Shown piece after piece: positions 1 through 11,327 of a stretch of DNA of 64,000 nt; within the stretch, counting starts at the first letter, position 1, and the number at the start of each line of letters is the position of its first letter. A program made the translations under genes and the position numbers. Origin of the DNA: Bugula neritina. Lineage: Eukaryota; Animalia; Bryozoa. Below the pieces are notes generated by a model. The model searched no databases. It was not told the DNA's origin and worked only from the letters and a program-made list of their open reading frames with translations. The DNA is taken from NCBI GenBank assembly GCA_964035545.1, contig OZ037770.1, positions 15,242,642 to 15,306,641 on the forward strand, written 5' to 3'.

Positions 1-1081
1 TTGTATGATCACAACTTTGGGTTTTCCTGTCATGGCAGGAAAATTCTTCGGGGAGATCAAACTCAACAGATCATCCATGGAAACCTCGTCATCTGGTCCA
101 CCACATCCGCCAATCTTATCTTTCCTTCCATGACTCATTAAGACCAGAAAGAACATTTTGTATGACTCATGCTCCTGGAGGCGACTCTCTTGAATGATTG
201 CTTCTTTCATCTCCTGTAAAGATTTAAGTAAGTAGTGTTGGAAACTCAAGCTCATGCACTATATTGGTTTATAAAAACAATGGTCTCAGTCTCAACCTAA
301 AATAGCATTATACCGTAAAATACAAAATTTTTCACTTTTTTTAGTGTTGAAGGTTTTTAGTGTTTGTGAGTGCAATTACTTTAAGAATACTAAAATAGTA
401 TTATTGATGATCGTTCTTTCTAATTATCTACCAGACAATTGTTAAAGATCGCAGCAGCTTGTCAACAATGAAATATGCTTTAACCACAAAGAGCATGTGT
501 GTCATTGATTATATAAATTCCTTACTTATATAGTAATACGTAAAATGATGGTTATATAATAGTTTTGCTAAACAGAAGTGGTGTGGTGGTTCGTGGAACT
601 ACCAGCAGCACAACATGTAGGGTCGCGTAATTGACCCGGAACAATGGATAGCCAATTAGCGTATTCGATAGTTAGCAGCAATTATAGTTTCCTGCTGCTA
701 AGTCAGTCGAAGCTAGAGTGTCAAATAGATTAGATGTGTAAATTGTCTGAATATATTGTATCGTTTTTATAATGTATAATTGTGTGTAAAATATACTCGT
801 TCACTCGACTTATCCTGGTGCAGTTCTATAGCGAATAAGTAGACTCTCTGGATAGCATATCAACCCTAAATCTGGAAAACATAACAGTACTACATAAACA
901 ACCTTGTGCTCACCTCAGCAGTGTAGTCTTTGTGTTCTCCTGTGACGACAAAGTCCAGCTTACTCAGCATGTTCTTGACATTCTGAAAGTCAACTTCAGA
1001 ACCAACTCTGGTGTTGCTGGAACTATTAGAGATGATTAGTGCCCTCCCTCTGGGTGAAGACATGGGGTAAACTTGAGGCAT
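1..1081 (-). CDS. Caspase (peptidase C14A) p20 domain exons of the fusion gene (1081-914 and 213-1)
   Basis: MPQVYPMSSPRGRALIISNSSSNTRVGSEVDFQNVKNMLSKLDFVVTGEHKDYTAE|EMKEAIIQESRLQEHESYKMFFLVLMSHGRKDKIGGCGGPDDEVSMDDLLSLISPKNFPAMTGKPKVVIIQ. Catalytic His (SHG) is present; the QACxG cysteine would lie two codons beyond the window edge. Confidence 0.92.
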
Positions 1082-4000
1082 CTGCAATTTTAGAAAAAGT
1101 CAAATATTAGTCCTAAAGTCTTTCTCAAGTAGTTCAATTACACAAATTACCTACAACATATGACTTAGATTTACCATTCTAGCATCTACTTCTAAATCAT
1201 CTTCATCTAGTTTTCTCTTTCTTTTCCTAGAATAAAAATCTTTTGGTTCCATGATGATTTCAGCCGTGTTCTCATTCTCAGCCAGCCATCCTGCAATCTT
1301 TTTGATAGCTGTGCCTCGGGCAGTGTACTCGTTAGCTTCATCTACAATTCATAATCGCGATTCAGAAAAGATTTTCTAGCTGCATTTTATATTTTATAGC
1401 TGAAGTATTTGGAATTTAGTGGATTAATACAATTTAACTAGTACTACTACTACTGCTTAAATGTCCATCTTGTATGTCATATCATTACAATAAGAAACTT
1501 TGATATTGAAGAGGTATTAAAATTTGAAAGATATTATATGCATGAGTTGTTCAGCCAGAAACTCACATTTCTCCAGAAACTGGTACAGCTTTTCTTGATC
1601 TTCAAAGCTCAGATCTTGGCCTGAACATAAAGTTATGTATTTGTTATGCTAATGTTTTAATGACATGCCATTTATATATGCTGTTTTGTCATAATAATAG
1701 TATCTAGATGCTAATTCTGCTATACCCAATATAAATTCAAACAGTCTATGACAGGAATTTGATAAAAATACTAACACAATTTTCTATGCAGCTGTAAAGC
1801 TGCTGTTGTTGCACCAATCATGCATTGATTTCAATTCTAGAAAGTTGCACAGCTTCAATGCAAGGAAAACGAATGACAAGGTCTTCTCACGTAGAGAAAA
1901 TCATGACTCATCAAACAGGTCATCAGTAATATTGGTGCAACAAAGTTTAAAAAAGTTCCAAATTTTATGGCAATACTCACAAGGCCACACCAGGACACTC
2001 GGGACATCGCCAACTCCTGAAAAACATGTCACGCTGTAGAGCGGATCTGGGGAGAATGTCACACCTATAGACTCAGACAGAGAAATGTTCTCCATCAGAC
2101 TGTTTAGGAAACAAGCATTGCTGACTTCTTCTAGCTTGTGAGGATGAACCAGGAGACAATGAGGGCAACAGAACCTACATCGGCTGACTACAGAAGGACA
2201 AAGTTTCCGGAGTGTTTGAATCACAACCTTAACTGAGCGAAGAAGCCGTTTCCATGTGTTATGCATACTTTCTACATGAATTGAGCTCAATAATGTTATG
2301 TAATTATGGTTCCAGTCGTAAACAGCTTGAAGCTCCCACAAGTGGCCTTTCCGAATTGTCAGGCCATTGTGAAAAAGATTTAACGAGTTATCTGTATGAT
2401 GAAGCGTTTGTAATATAGATTGACCTAACGAATAATACATGTGTTTCAGCAGAGGGATATTATCAAAGAAGACATCTATGCGGAGTGATGGCTTTTCAGT
2501 AACCCAATCTTTGGAAGTCTTTGAGGGTAGCAAGGAGGGAATCACGTACTGCACTAAATTTTTATCTTTTTCAGCTCGGCTATCTTTCCTAATAATTAGT
2601 TCTAATACTATTTCCAACTCCTTCAAAAGTTCAATAGCCACTTCGGTTGGGAAATCAGATTCAGAGTTGATGATATGCTCAAGAAGCTGAACTGGCATCA
2701 CTCCTGTCTTTTGAAACATTTCAATTGATCTTCTTATCTTCCTGTCAAAAGTAGCTCCTTCATTGTCTGAGTCGCAGTAAATTGCTTCCAACATTTGTTC
2801 TGAATTAGGAGAGAAGAAAAGTTTTATTAACTTATCAACAATCTGCAGCCTATGAAAGACATGAGTAGAGAGCTTTGATCTGTTAGAAAACCACACCAAA
2901 AATCCAGCACGCTGAGCTACTTTTAATGCTTCTTCAACTTTACTCAGGCGAAATTCGGAAAATCTTTTCAGCAGAATTATGAGCTCAATACTAGTTGCAT
3001 GGCTGAAACTTTCATCGGTAACGAAGTTGACTATGTCTTGAGCAAGCAATGGAAGCTGGCAGGAAGCAGCTTGATTCACTCTTTGTTTGATGGCGCATGT
3101 CAATTCCAACGGCGGACTCATTTGCTTATTTAAAAGAAAGACACTGTCATCTGTAAACATGTGCTGCGAAGTGCTAGCACCAATAAAATTTTGCTCTAAG
3201 CTTGTGCAGCACTCTAGCAGTTTGTTTGCGTACATGGTGAATTCATTGTGACAAAATCTTCCTTTATTTGTCATAACCAGAATGGGCGCTATAGTCAGTT
3301 TACTTGATTGCCTCAAGAAAAACCAATATTTCAGCAAAACATGTTTAGCTGCTTCCTCATAACCTACCTGGAGAGATTGTTTATGGTACTGGCCGATGTC
3401 TACTACAAGAAGTGTTAAACATGAGTCATGGTGCCATAACTTTCTGTAGGCAGCATAAATGTCATCCGATATGTTGAACGCTCGAATTGGGCAACCGTTA
3501 ACTTCCCAGCGCTGCTCCTGAAAACATTCTTCTATGCCATCAAACAGCAGCCTGTTTTCACAAGCAAAACTTTGCCTTAGCAAGTTTATTACCTCTATTC
3601 TTTCTGAATTCTCGAGTCCCAATACAAAGATAGATGTGGTTACCGGCCTTTGACTAATGACGAGTCTTTCAAAGTGCTGTCGGATTCTCTCCCAACCATC
3701 AGAAGCTGACTGGTAAGGTGGCTCTTTGAGTTGGGGACACTCTCTGCAGTCCAGCTCTGTTAAACATGTTAGCTGCAGAATTTCTGAGCTTAAAGACTTC
3801 AATTGACTGTTGGCAGTGAGTACTAGTCGCTGTAATCTGGTCAGCTGGTACACAACTGGTGGTAAAACTTGACTGAACAGGTTATTCTGAAGTTGAAGAA
3901 CCTTGAGAGTGCCAGCACTAGCTTGTAAGCTGAAAGCAAACCGCATTTCTAAGTTTTAAAGCAAAATATCAGTTTTTGAAACCAGAAAAATTCATTAAAA

Positions 4001-6507
4001 TACCATGTTTTGATCATTGATCTCAAAACATTTTATATACATTCAGATGCACGTACTAATGTACACGCGTATACACGTGTATACTAGTAATTTTCATAAG
4101 TCTACCTGCTTGGCAATGTTTCAAGCTCGCAATTCTCTAAATACAACTCGGAAACTTGACTGAGCTTTTTGAATGCATGCTCTGGCAGTTCTTTCAGAGG
4201 ATTGCTCCCAAGGTGAAGGATCTTTAGACTTGTCAGATTAAACAAACTACAAATGTTTCAAAGAAATCATAATTAAAATTGCTAAAAGTGAATTGTAAAG
4301 AAGTAACAATGGACTCGGTTTCTGACACTGTCCTCTAGTGATAATGTTTAAATAGTAGGTGTTTTCAACTAGTAATTACTAAGGCTCAAAACTATAGTCA
4401 GATAGAGAAGGGAAAGCTTCAATCGGTTCAGACTGGTTGTAGCTTATAGTTAGAATTTGCTATATACTGTAATTTAGTTGATTATAGCTACTTCAAGCTA
4501 AACAAGATCCTATGTTGATTTTAAACCACAGCATGTGAGTATGCCCACAGTATGAAGGTAAACTTACCTCTCAGGTAGTGTAGTCATCCCGTTAGAAGTC
4601 AATTGCAGACTTTTAAGAGAGTTCAAATTTGAAAAGACTTGATGAGGCAAACCAGATGAGAAGTTATTGTTGCTCAATGAACAAAATTCTAAGAGATGTA
4701 ATGAAGATAAGCTAAAAATAAATTAACAGACACCATGTTTTATAGAGTCCTGCGCACTTCTGTTGTGAATTAAAGTCTTCAATTTTACTAAATTCAATTA
4801 AAAAAGTTTAAATTGAATATTAGATACTATATTATACTGGACAATTTTGTTGCTAGAGTAGTAATAAGAATAATGACCTTGATGGAAGGACACGGAGCTG
4901 GCAGCTATCTAAATATAGTTTCTTCAGCGACTTCATTGAAAGAAATATGTCATCTGGGAGACCAGAAGAGAATGAATTGTGTTTAACATCAAGCACTTCT
5001 AGTTGGCCGAGGGGACTGAAACTAAAACACAAATTGCTCAATTAGAAACGATTAAAACATTTAGTGACTTACTATTCGGGATTTGCATCAGTCATCATAA
5101 CCATAAGGAATTTATTATACAATTCTTTGGAAAAACCAACGCAACTTTTTCGAATTATTGGAACACAGAAGTTAACATGTACCTGTGAGGGAGCTCTGTT
5201 AAAGAGCAACCCTGCATGTTAAGCTTCTTCAACCCCTTTAAACACTGAAAGATTCTCTCCACAGAGTTTACTGACAAAACGTTTTTCTCCAAATTAAGTC
5301 TCTCCAAGAAGGAAAGCTCTAGCAGACTGTAAAGAATACAAAGAAAGGTTGCTATGCAAACAATCATACACAAATGGTAAAATCAGCAAGCTAAAAAAAA
5401 ATCGTAAGTTGTTTTCTGGCATTTGATACTGTGATAATTTAGTAAGCTATTTGATAATTTCTATGGCTAAAATGCAAGCTGGAGATTCAAACCGAAATGG
5501 GAGATGCATTTACGCTGAAGTTTAGGAAACTGTGTAAAGCTACAGACCTTGCCGGAAGCTCCATAAGTCCGCAATCATTCAGGTTAAGAGTTGTCAGACT
5601 TTTCAGACAGGATTTGAAGGTGTTTGGTGGAAGTCCAGCTGACAGATTGTTACTCTCTAAATCAATATTTTCTAAGCTCTTGAACTTCTGGAGTCTGAAA
5701 AGTTTAAAATCGGTAGGATTGTTATTGTCTATGGTCAATGCTAAATAACATAACTACGTTTTCATAGCTGAATTTACAGTGGAATAAAATGCATGCATCT
5801 TAAACGAAGTTTATCTTTCTGGGAATATCTCGCTGAATATATAGGACTGCATTAAATGTATCAACCTTGGTTAATTTCAAACCAACTAATGGTCTTTTCC
5901 TCTTTGAATAAAAAATTGAAATCTATTTAAGAGTAATTACTACACATTGTATGATAGTGATACATCTTTTTACTACTATATATAGCTACTCACAACCATT
6001 CAACATGAAAATAGTATTTGCTTGCAAGCAGGCACGCTCAACCGTTACACCATAGGGCAACTGGACAAACTTAGCACTATACAATATCAATTTACTACAG
6101 CTATAAAAATCTGCAAAAGCAAACTAGTTAATGAAATGATGTACCAAATTAGATCTAATAAATCCTGATTCATGAAAATCAAAAGTATCACAGAGGAGAT
6201 AACTTCAGAATTGAAGGGGAAACTGTTGTCATGTGATTAGAGATGGAGATTACCTTTTAAGGACGCCGACACTGGATATTCCTCTAACACAGATCTCTCT
6301 CACAGTCCTGGTGACGGCAGGAAACACCGGTATGTCACCCATAACCAGTATGTGTGTGATTTCATAGTTCTGTCCGTCTCCTTTCAAACTCTCTTTGACC
6401 TCTGACCTCGTGAGATTGCTGCATTTAGCCAAGTAGTTGGATATGTGAAGCACAGGCTCCGGCTCTCCGGTGTGTATGAACCAGATCTTGTAAACGTCTT
6501 CTTCCAT
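1..6507 (-). CDS. Multi-exon LRR-ROC(degenerate)-COR-caspase fusion protein (ROCO/MFHAS1-like with C-terminal caspase p20); 3' end outside window
   Basis: Phase-compatible GT-AG exons (minus): 6507-6254, 5694-5548, 5326-5183, 5021-4878, 4711-4568, 4246-4106, 3929-1981, 1620-1567, 1341-1175, 1081-914, 213-1 = 3525 nt = 1175 codons without a stop. LRRs (e.g. LENIDLESNNL, LKILHLGSNPL), pre-ROC LKEPPY..SDGWERIRQHF, COR motifs (GFLVWF..L.THVF, YVIPSLLP, CPHC), caspase motifs YPMSSPRGRALII, RVGSEVD, LMSHG, GKPKVVIIQ. Start at ATG 6507 is provisional (in-frame TGA 9 codons upstream). Confidence 0.85.
1981..3929 (-). CDS. Large exon: last LRRs + degenerate ROC + COR domain
   Basis: Core of ORF 1901..3946; acceptor tttcag|C at 3929 and donor CCT T|GTGAGT at 1981; ROCO-type motif order. 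Confidence 0.8.
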
Positions 6508-6647
6508 TTCACAGCTTTCAATATAATGTATTCATAGTTGAACTTCTCTGAAGAATTAGTAAGAGATGCAGAAAAGAGGAGTGCAAACACAGCAAGTAAG
6601 TGATCGCTCTAACTTATAAATATGTACTTTTAAAGCAAAGCATACAT

Positions 6648-9600
6648 CTCTCTTGCAGTCAGTCGATACGACTATGACTGTTTTATGGATTAAGCTTAGA
6701 TTTGGTTGCAGCTCTCCACGCAGCTCTGTTGTCAGCTGTTTGCTGCCATGAACTCAAGTTTATTGCTCTCCATTTCATATTCCTCTTAGCAACATCTTTA
6801 AGTCTGAGTCTAGGTCGCCCTGTATTTCTTTTACCCTCTTTCAGCTGAGAGTAGAGCAATTGTCTTGGTAGCCGGCTATGTTCCATCCTGTGCACATGGC
6901 CTAGCCATCTCAAGTTCTTTTCTATAAGGATGTCGGCCATGCTTGGCAAATTGGCACGTCTTAATATTTCTTCATTCGTAACTTTGTCATACCATTTTAC
7001 AGCCATTATGTCTCTCAGTTGTCTCATCATGAAAGCGCTTAGCTTCTTCACCTGTGTCCTGTATATTGTCCATGTTTCTGCTCCATACAGCAGGCTTGAG
7101 AGCACCACCGCTCTGTAGACTTTACACTTTACCCTGATGGATACGTGTCTGTTGTTCCAGAGTCTCTGCTGCAGCTTACCGTAAGCCGCACTTGCTTTGC
7201 CTAATCTGTTCCGTAGCTCTTTATCTATTTTTGCCGTACAGGAAACAGTGCTTCCTAGATAAGTAAAGTCTGAGGCAAGTACAACTGGTTTTTGATCTAT
7301 CATGACAACTTCAGGTTCAGGTGGAGGGTGGATGAGTTTGATTGGCTGGTACATGCATTCTGTCTTTTTTATGTTGATTTTTAAGCTAAACTGAGATGCT
7401 GCTTTTGCAAAGTTGTTCACTGGCACCTGCATATCTGCAGCGCAATGTGCCACCAAAGCACTGTCATCAGCAAACAACATCTCTCTGACTAGGTGTTTGG
7501 TAGTACGGGTCTTAGACTTGAACTGAGCCACATCAAAGAGGTCAGCCCCATGTCGAGTTTGAATATAAATCCCTTCATTTACATTTTGAAATGCCACCTC
7601 AAGCATAGCGGTCAAGTATAATGAAAATAGTGTTGGCGCAAGAACACACCCCTGCTTGACACCATTGGTTACTGCAAACTCATTTGAAGCATCTCTACCT
7701 TGCACTACCTTGGCTTGCATGCCTGCATGAAGAGCTTTTATCAGGTTGGTGACCTTCTCAGTTAAGCCAAACTTCTTCAGTACCCTCCAGAGGCCATCTC
7801 TTGATACTGTATCAAAGGCTTTTGTAAAGTCTATAAATACAGCATACAGCTCCATGTTTTGTTCAGCACATTTTTCTTGAATTTGGCGAAAGCTAAATAT
7901 CATATCAATGGTGCTCCTGCTGTTTCGAAAGCCACACTGTGTTTCTGGAAGTATTCCTGGAGTTATATTTACATTGATTTTGTTGAGGATGATACGGGCC
8001 ATAATCTTTCCAGCTATAGACAAAAGCGAGATTCCTCTATAATTACCACAGTCCTTCCTACTACCCTTTTTAAAAATGGGCACAATGTTCGCATTTTTCC
8101 AGTTCTGTGGCATCTTCTCATTACTCCATATATAAGCAATCAGATCATATAGTCTCTCTTTAAGCCTGATTCCACCGTACTTTCACACCTCAGCTGGAAT
8201 GCCACATTCTCCAGGAGATTTATTCTCCTTGGTTGCATCTATAGCATCCAGAAGCTCATCAAAACTTGGCATATCATCTAGGCTTAAATTGGGTGGCATA
8301 TTTGTGAGACTATTGAGAGCTTCCTGATCCACTTCCCCTGGTACATTCAGCAACAGGTCAAAATGTTGGGCGAACCTTTTTAAGGTATCATTCTTTGCTG
8401 TAAGTACTGTTTTACCACTTTGGTCCAGCAATTGGGCGATTCCCCTGTTCTGTGGCCCATAGACTTCTCTAAGGCCATTGTAAAATGCCTTCATGTTGTT
8501 TTTATCAGCTGCCTGTTGGAGTGATTCTGCTTTTTCCTCCCACCATTGAGACTTTTTCTCTCGAGTGTATTTTTGCAGCTTGCTGCGTGCTTGCGCTAAT
8601 CGGTCAGTGCTACTTCTTGTTCTTCTCTGTAGTGCTTTTGATTTAGCCTTATTTCGTTCATTAAGTAATGCATTCAGCTTTGCATCATTGTCATCAAACC
8701 AATCTTGATGCTTTCTTTCTGCTCTACCTAAGACTTTGGTAGCTGTGTTGAAGGCTGAGATCTTTAACCTTCCCCATCTCTCTTCTAAGGTTACACCATC
8801 ATCATCTCTATAGTCCATTGCCTTATCCATCTGTTTCTGAAACTCCTGTAGCATATCCTGATTTTGTAGTTTCCCCACATTGAGTTTGCATGCGGAGTTC
8901 CCTCTTGTCTTGTTCTTTGCTTTCCTTAATGCAAATGCTAGCTTGGACCTGATCATGGTATGGTCAGTTGAGCAATCAGCACCTCTCATTGCCCTAGTAT
9001 CTAGCACATCATTCTGGTCTTTCCGTCTTGTAATCACATAATCGAGGAGGTGCCAATGCTGAGAACGTGGGTGCATCCAGGTGACTTTATGATGCTGCCT
9101 GTGCTTAAATACTGTGTTCGTGATAACAAGCTGATATTCAGAACAGAATGCCAGTAGCAGCTCTCCATTTGTGTTACATTTTCCAATTCCTTGATTACCA
9201 ATAACGCCTGGCCAATTTTGAGCTTCACACCCTACTCTTGCATTAAAGTCACCGGCTATAATCAGTTTGTCTGTGATGGATATATTCTTTACTGTTTCTC
9301 TCAATTTATTGTAAAACTCCTCCTTCTTTTCTTCCGTATTTGTCATTGTTGGAGCGTAAGCACTCACTATTGTCACATAATGATTCTTTTTCAGTGGAAG
9401 TCTCATGCTTATAATTCTATCACTTATTGCTGTTGGTTCTTGCTCTAGATAAGGCATAATTGTATTCCTGATAGCAAACCCCACCCCTGATTCTCTTCTT
9501 TCTTCCTCGCCTTTTCCACTCCAAAAGAATGTGTACCCATTATCAACAAGGCTATCATTCAGGGCAAGCCGAGTTTCACACAAAGCTGCAATGTCGATAT

Positions 9601-10010
9601 CATATCGGCCCAGCTCTTTTGCAACAAGTGCTGTCTGCCTCTCTGGTCTTTTTGAATTATTTCGGTCTAGTAATGTTCTAACATTCCATTCTGCTAGTCT
9701 CAGAACTTTTCTGAACTTTCCATTGCGTCCTAGCTGACTTTTCACTGGCTGCCGGAGCGGGAGCAGACCAGCGCGAACCTTGTTAACCCGGGCGACGTTC
9801 GTGCCGGTATCAAATACTGTTTCCATTGTCATAGTCCATAAAACTGCATGCGAAGTGGTTAAGTGAACTTGGCTTTCGCGTTACCATGTTCTCTCTCTCG
9901 GCAGGGTGTAAATGGGATCTAGCGGCAAGAACAGGTCAAGACATGCTAGCATTTACAACCTGCTGCAGTGGCTGGCCGTTATACACGTTTGTCTGTACAC
10001 GCCCTTGAGG
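6648..10010 (-). mobile_element. Full-length RTE-clade (BovB-like) non-LTR retrotransposon
   Basis: Single APE-RT reading frame 9832-6683; 8-bp direct repeat GCATACAT at 6640-6647 and 10011-10018 (putative TSD); short GA-repeat 3' tail; ~3.36 kb as typical of RTE. Confidence 0.9.
6683..9832 (-). pseudogene. RTE ORF (apurinic endonuclease + reverse transcriptase) interrupted by one in-frame TGA
   Basis: APE motifs WNVRTL, ALCETR, SAYAPT, GDFNARVG, LDYV, STDH; RT motifs YRGISLL, QCGFR, FIDFTKAFDTV, GVKQGCVLAPTLF, FADD, YLGS. ORFs 8183..9832 and 6683..8113 are in the same frame, separated by TGA (8183-8185, likely from TGG) plus 23 open codons. Confidence 0.92.
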
Positions 10011-11327
10011 GCATACATATTGGCACAGAATATATTATATCTTTATTATAACTCTGCAACTCAAGGGTTAGTCATTTGCATTTAGAAAGACATTAAAAAA
10101 GGTTTGTGTAACTAGAAAACAGCTTAAGATAAATAGATGAATAAGCAACACAAATACTGAGTAAAAATGTATGTACATTTCCTTAAACTTAAAGTAACCA
10201 GACATGTATTTGAACCTACCACTATGCTAGACTTTGCACTACGTACTGGTATTATAGACTTGAATCAATAGTCGAACTGAGTGTTGACAGTAAATATTTA
10301 GAAACTTTCAAACTGCAGACTTATAGATATGTTGCTACGGCTAAATGTACAGCACTCTAATGTACATCACTTTAACACCCCTTAAAGTTACTATAATATA
10401 ATGTTTAGGCTAACTTCTATGTAAAAATATAGTATTGTGATAAAGTAATGTAGCAACAGTAAGTACTAAAATTAACAAGATTTATTGGTCACTCAACTAA
10501 ACTGATAAACTTAGACTTCATATAGCAGAGTGTCTGACAAATTAAGTCATAAAAACAGAGAAGATTGTCTGTCAGCCAGATATTGAGCTGCTAGATAAAA
10601 TATTCACCTGCAGTGTAATAAGGCTGCCCATAACTCGCTGTAAATCCCGAGTAGTCACTAGTATTGAACCCATTTACTAACTGAATATTCAATTGATTAA
10701 ATATGATAATTCAATATAACTATTGTGCAGGGCTTTTGAACAACAAAGACTGTTTGCATTTCTATACAAAGTTGAAGCCTGCGTTTTAATTAGATATAAC
10801 AGGGTACTATAGTATTTCGACCCACAGCGCTGTTATAATATAAAATAGCACACAGGCACATTTGTATTTAGCTTTATATACTAGCTGTTTGATTTGGCTT
10901 CTTTATTTACTCAAACACCTTTTGAATGCATTTTACTGCTATAAAATATTACTTTCAAATTCTTACAAAGCAAAGAAATACAAAAAATAGCAGTTTACAA
11001 TAACTATAATATAAAATGTTTTACAATAAAGTCTACAAGAAACAATAAAATATATTACATATCATGTTTAATATTATAAATTGCATATTATGTTAAGGAA
11101 TTAGGTTTTACCTTATTTTCTCACCCTTATCATGGAAGTTCACAGTATAGTTGTAAGTATATTTTCTAGTCAATTGAGAACATGGAGAAAGTTTAACACG
11201 ACTTTTAAACAGTAGCTTGAGATCATAAAATAAAAACATAAATTAATATCTTCTTATATGATAATCATTGAGCAGTGTAGCACAGAAAATATAAACAATA
11301 TAATAGTTATATAATGCTATAGAATGG

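Noticed and set aside
440-886. Possible solo LTR (TGTT...AACA) in the caspase intron
   Set aside because: No matching target-site duplication and no second copy in the window.
6384-6590. Alternative-frame ORF overlapping the first coding exon
   Set aside because: Ends in a stop before the 6254 donor and has no recognisable motifs.
10608-10631. Upstream mini-exon MGSLITLQ|GT (minus) as a myristoylated N-terminus of the ROCO-caspase
   Set aside because: Splicing to the acceptor at 6547 gives a stop after 9 codons and is out of frame with ATG 6507; at most a 5'UTR exon or uORF.
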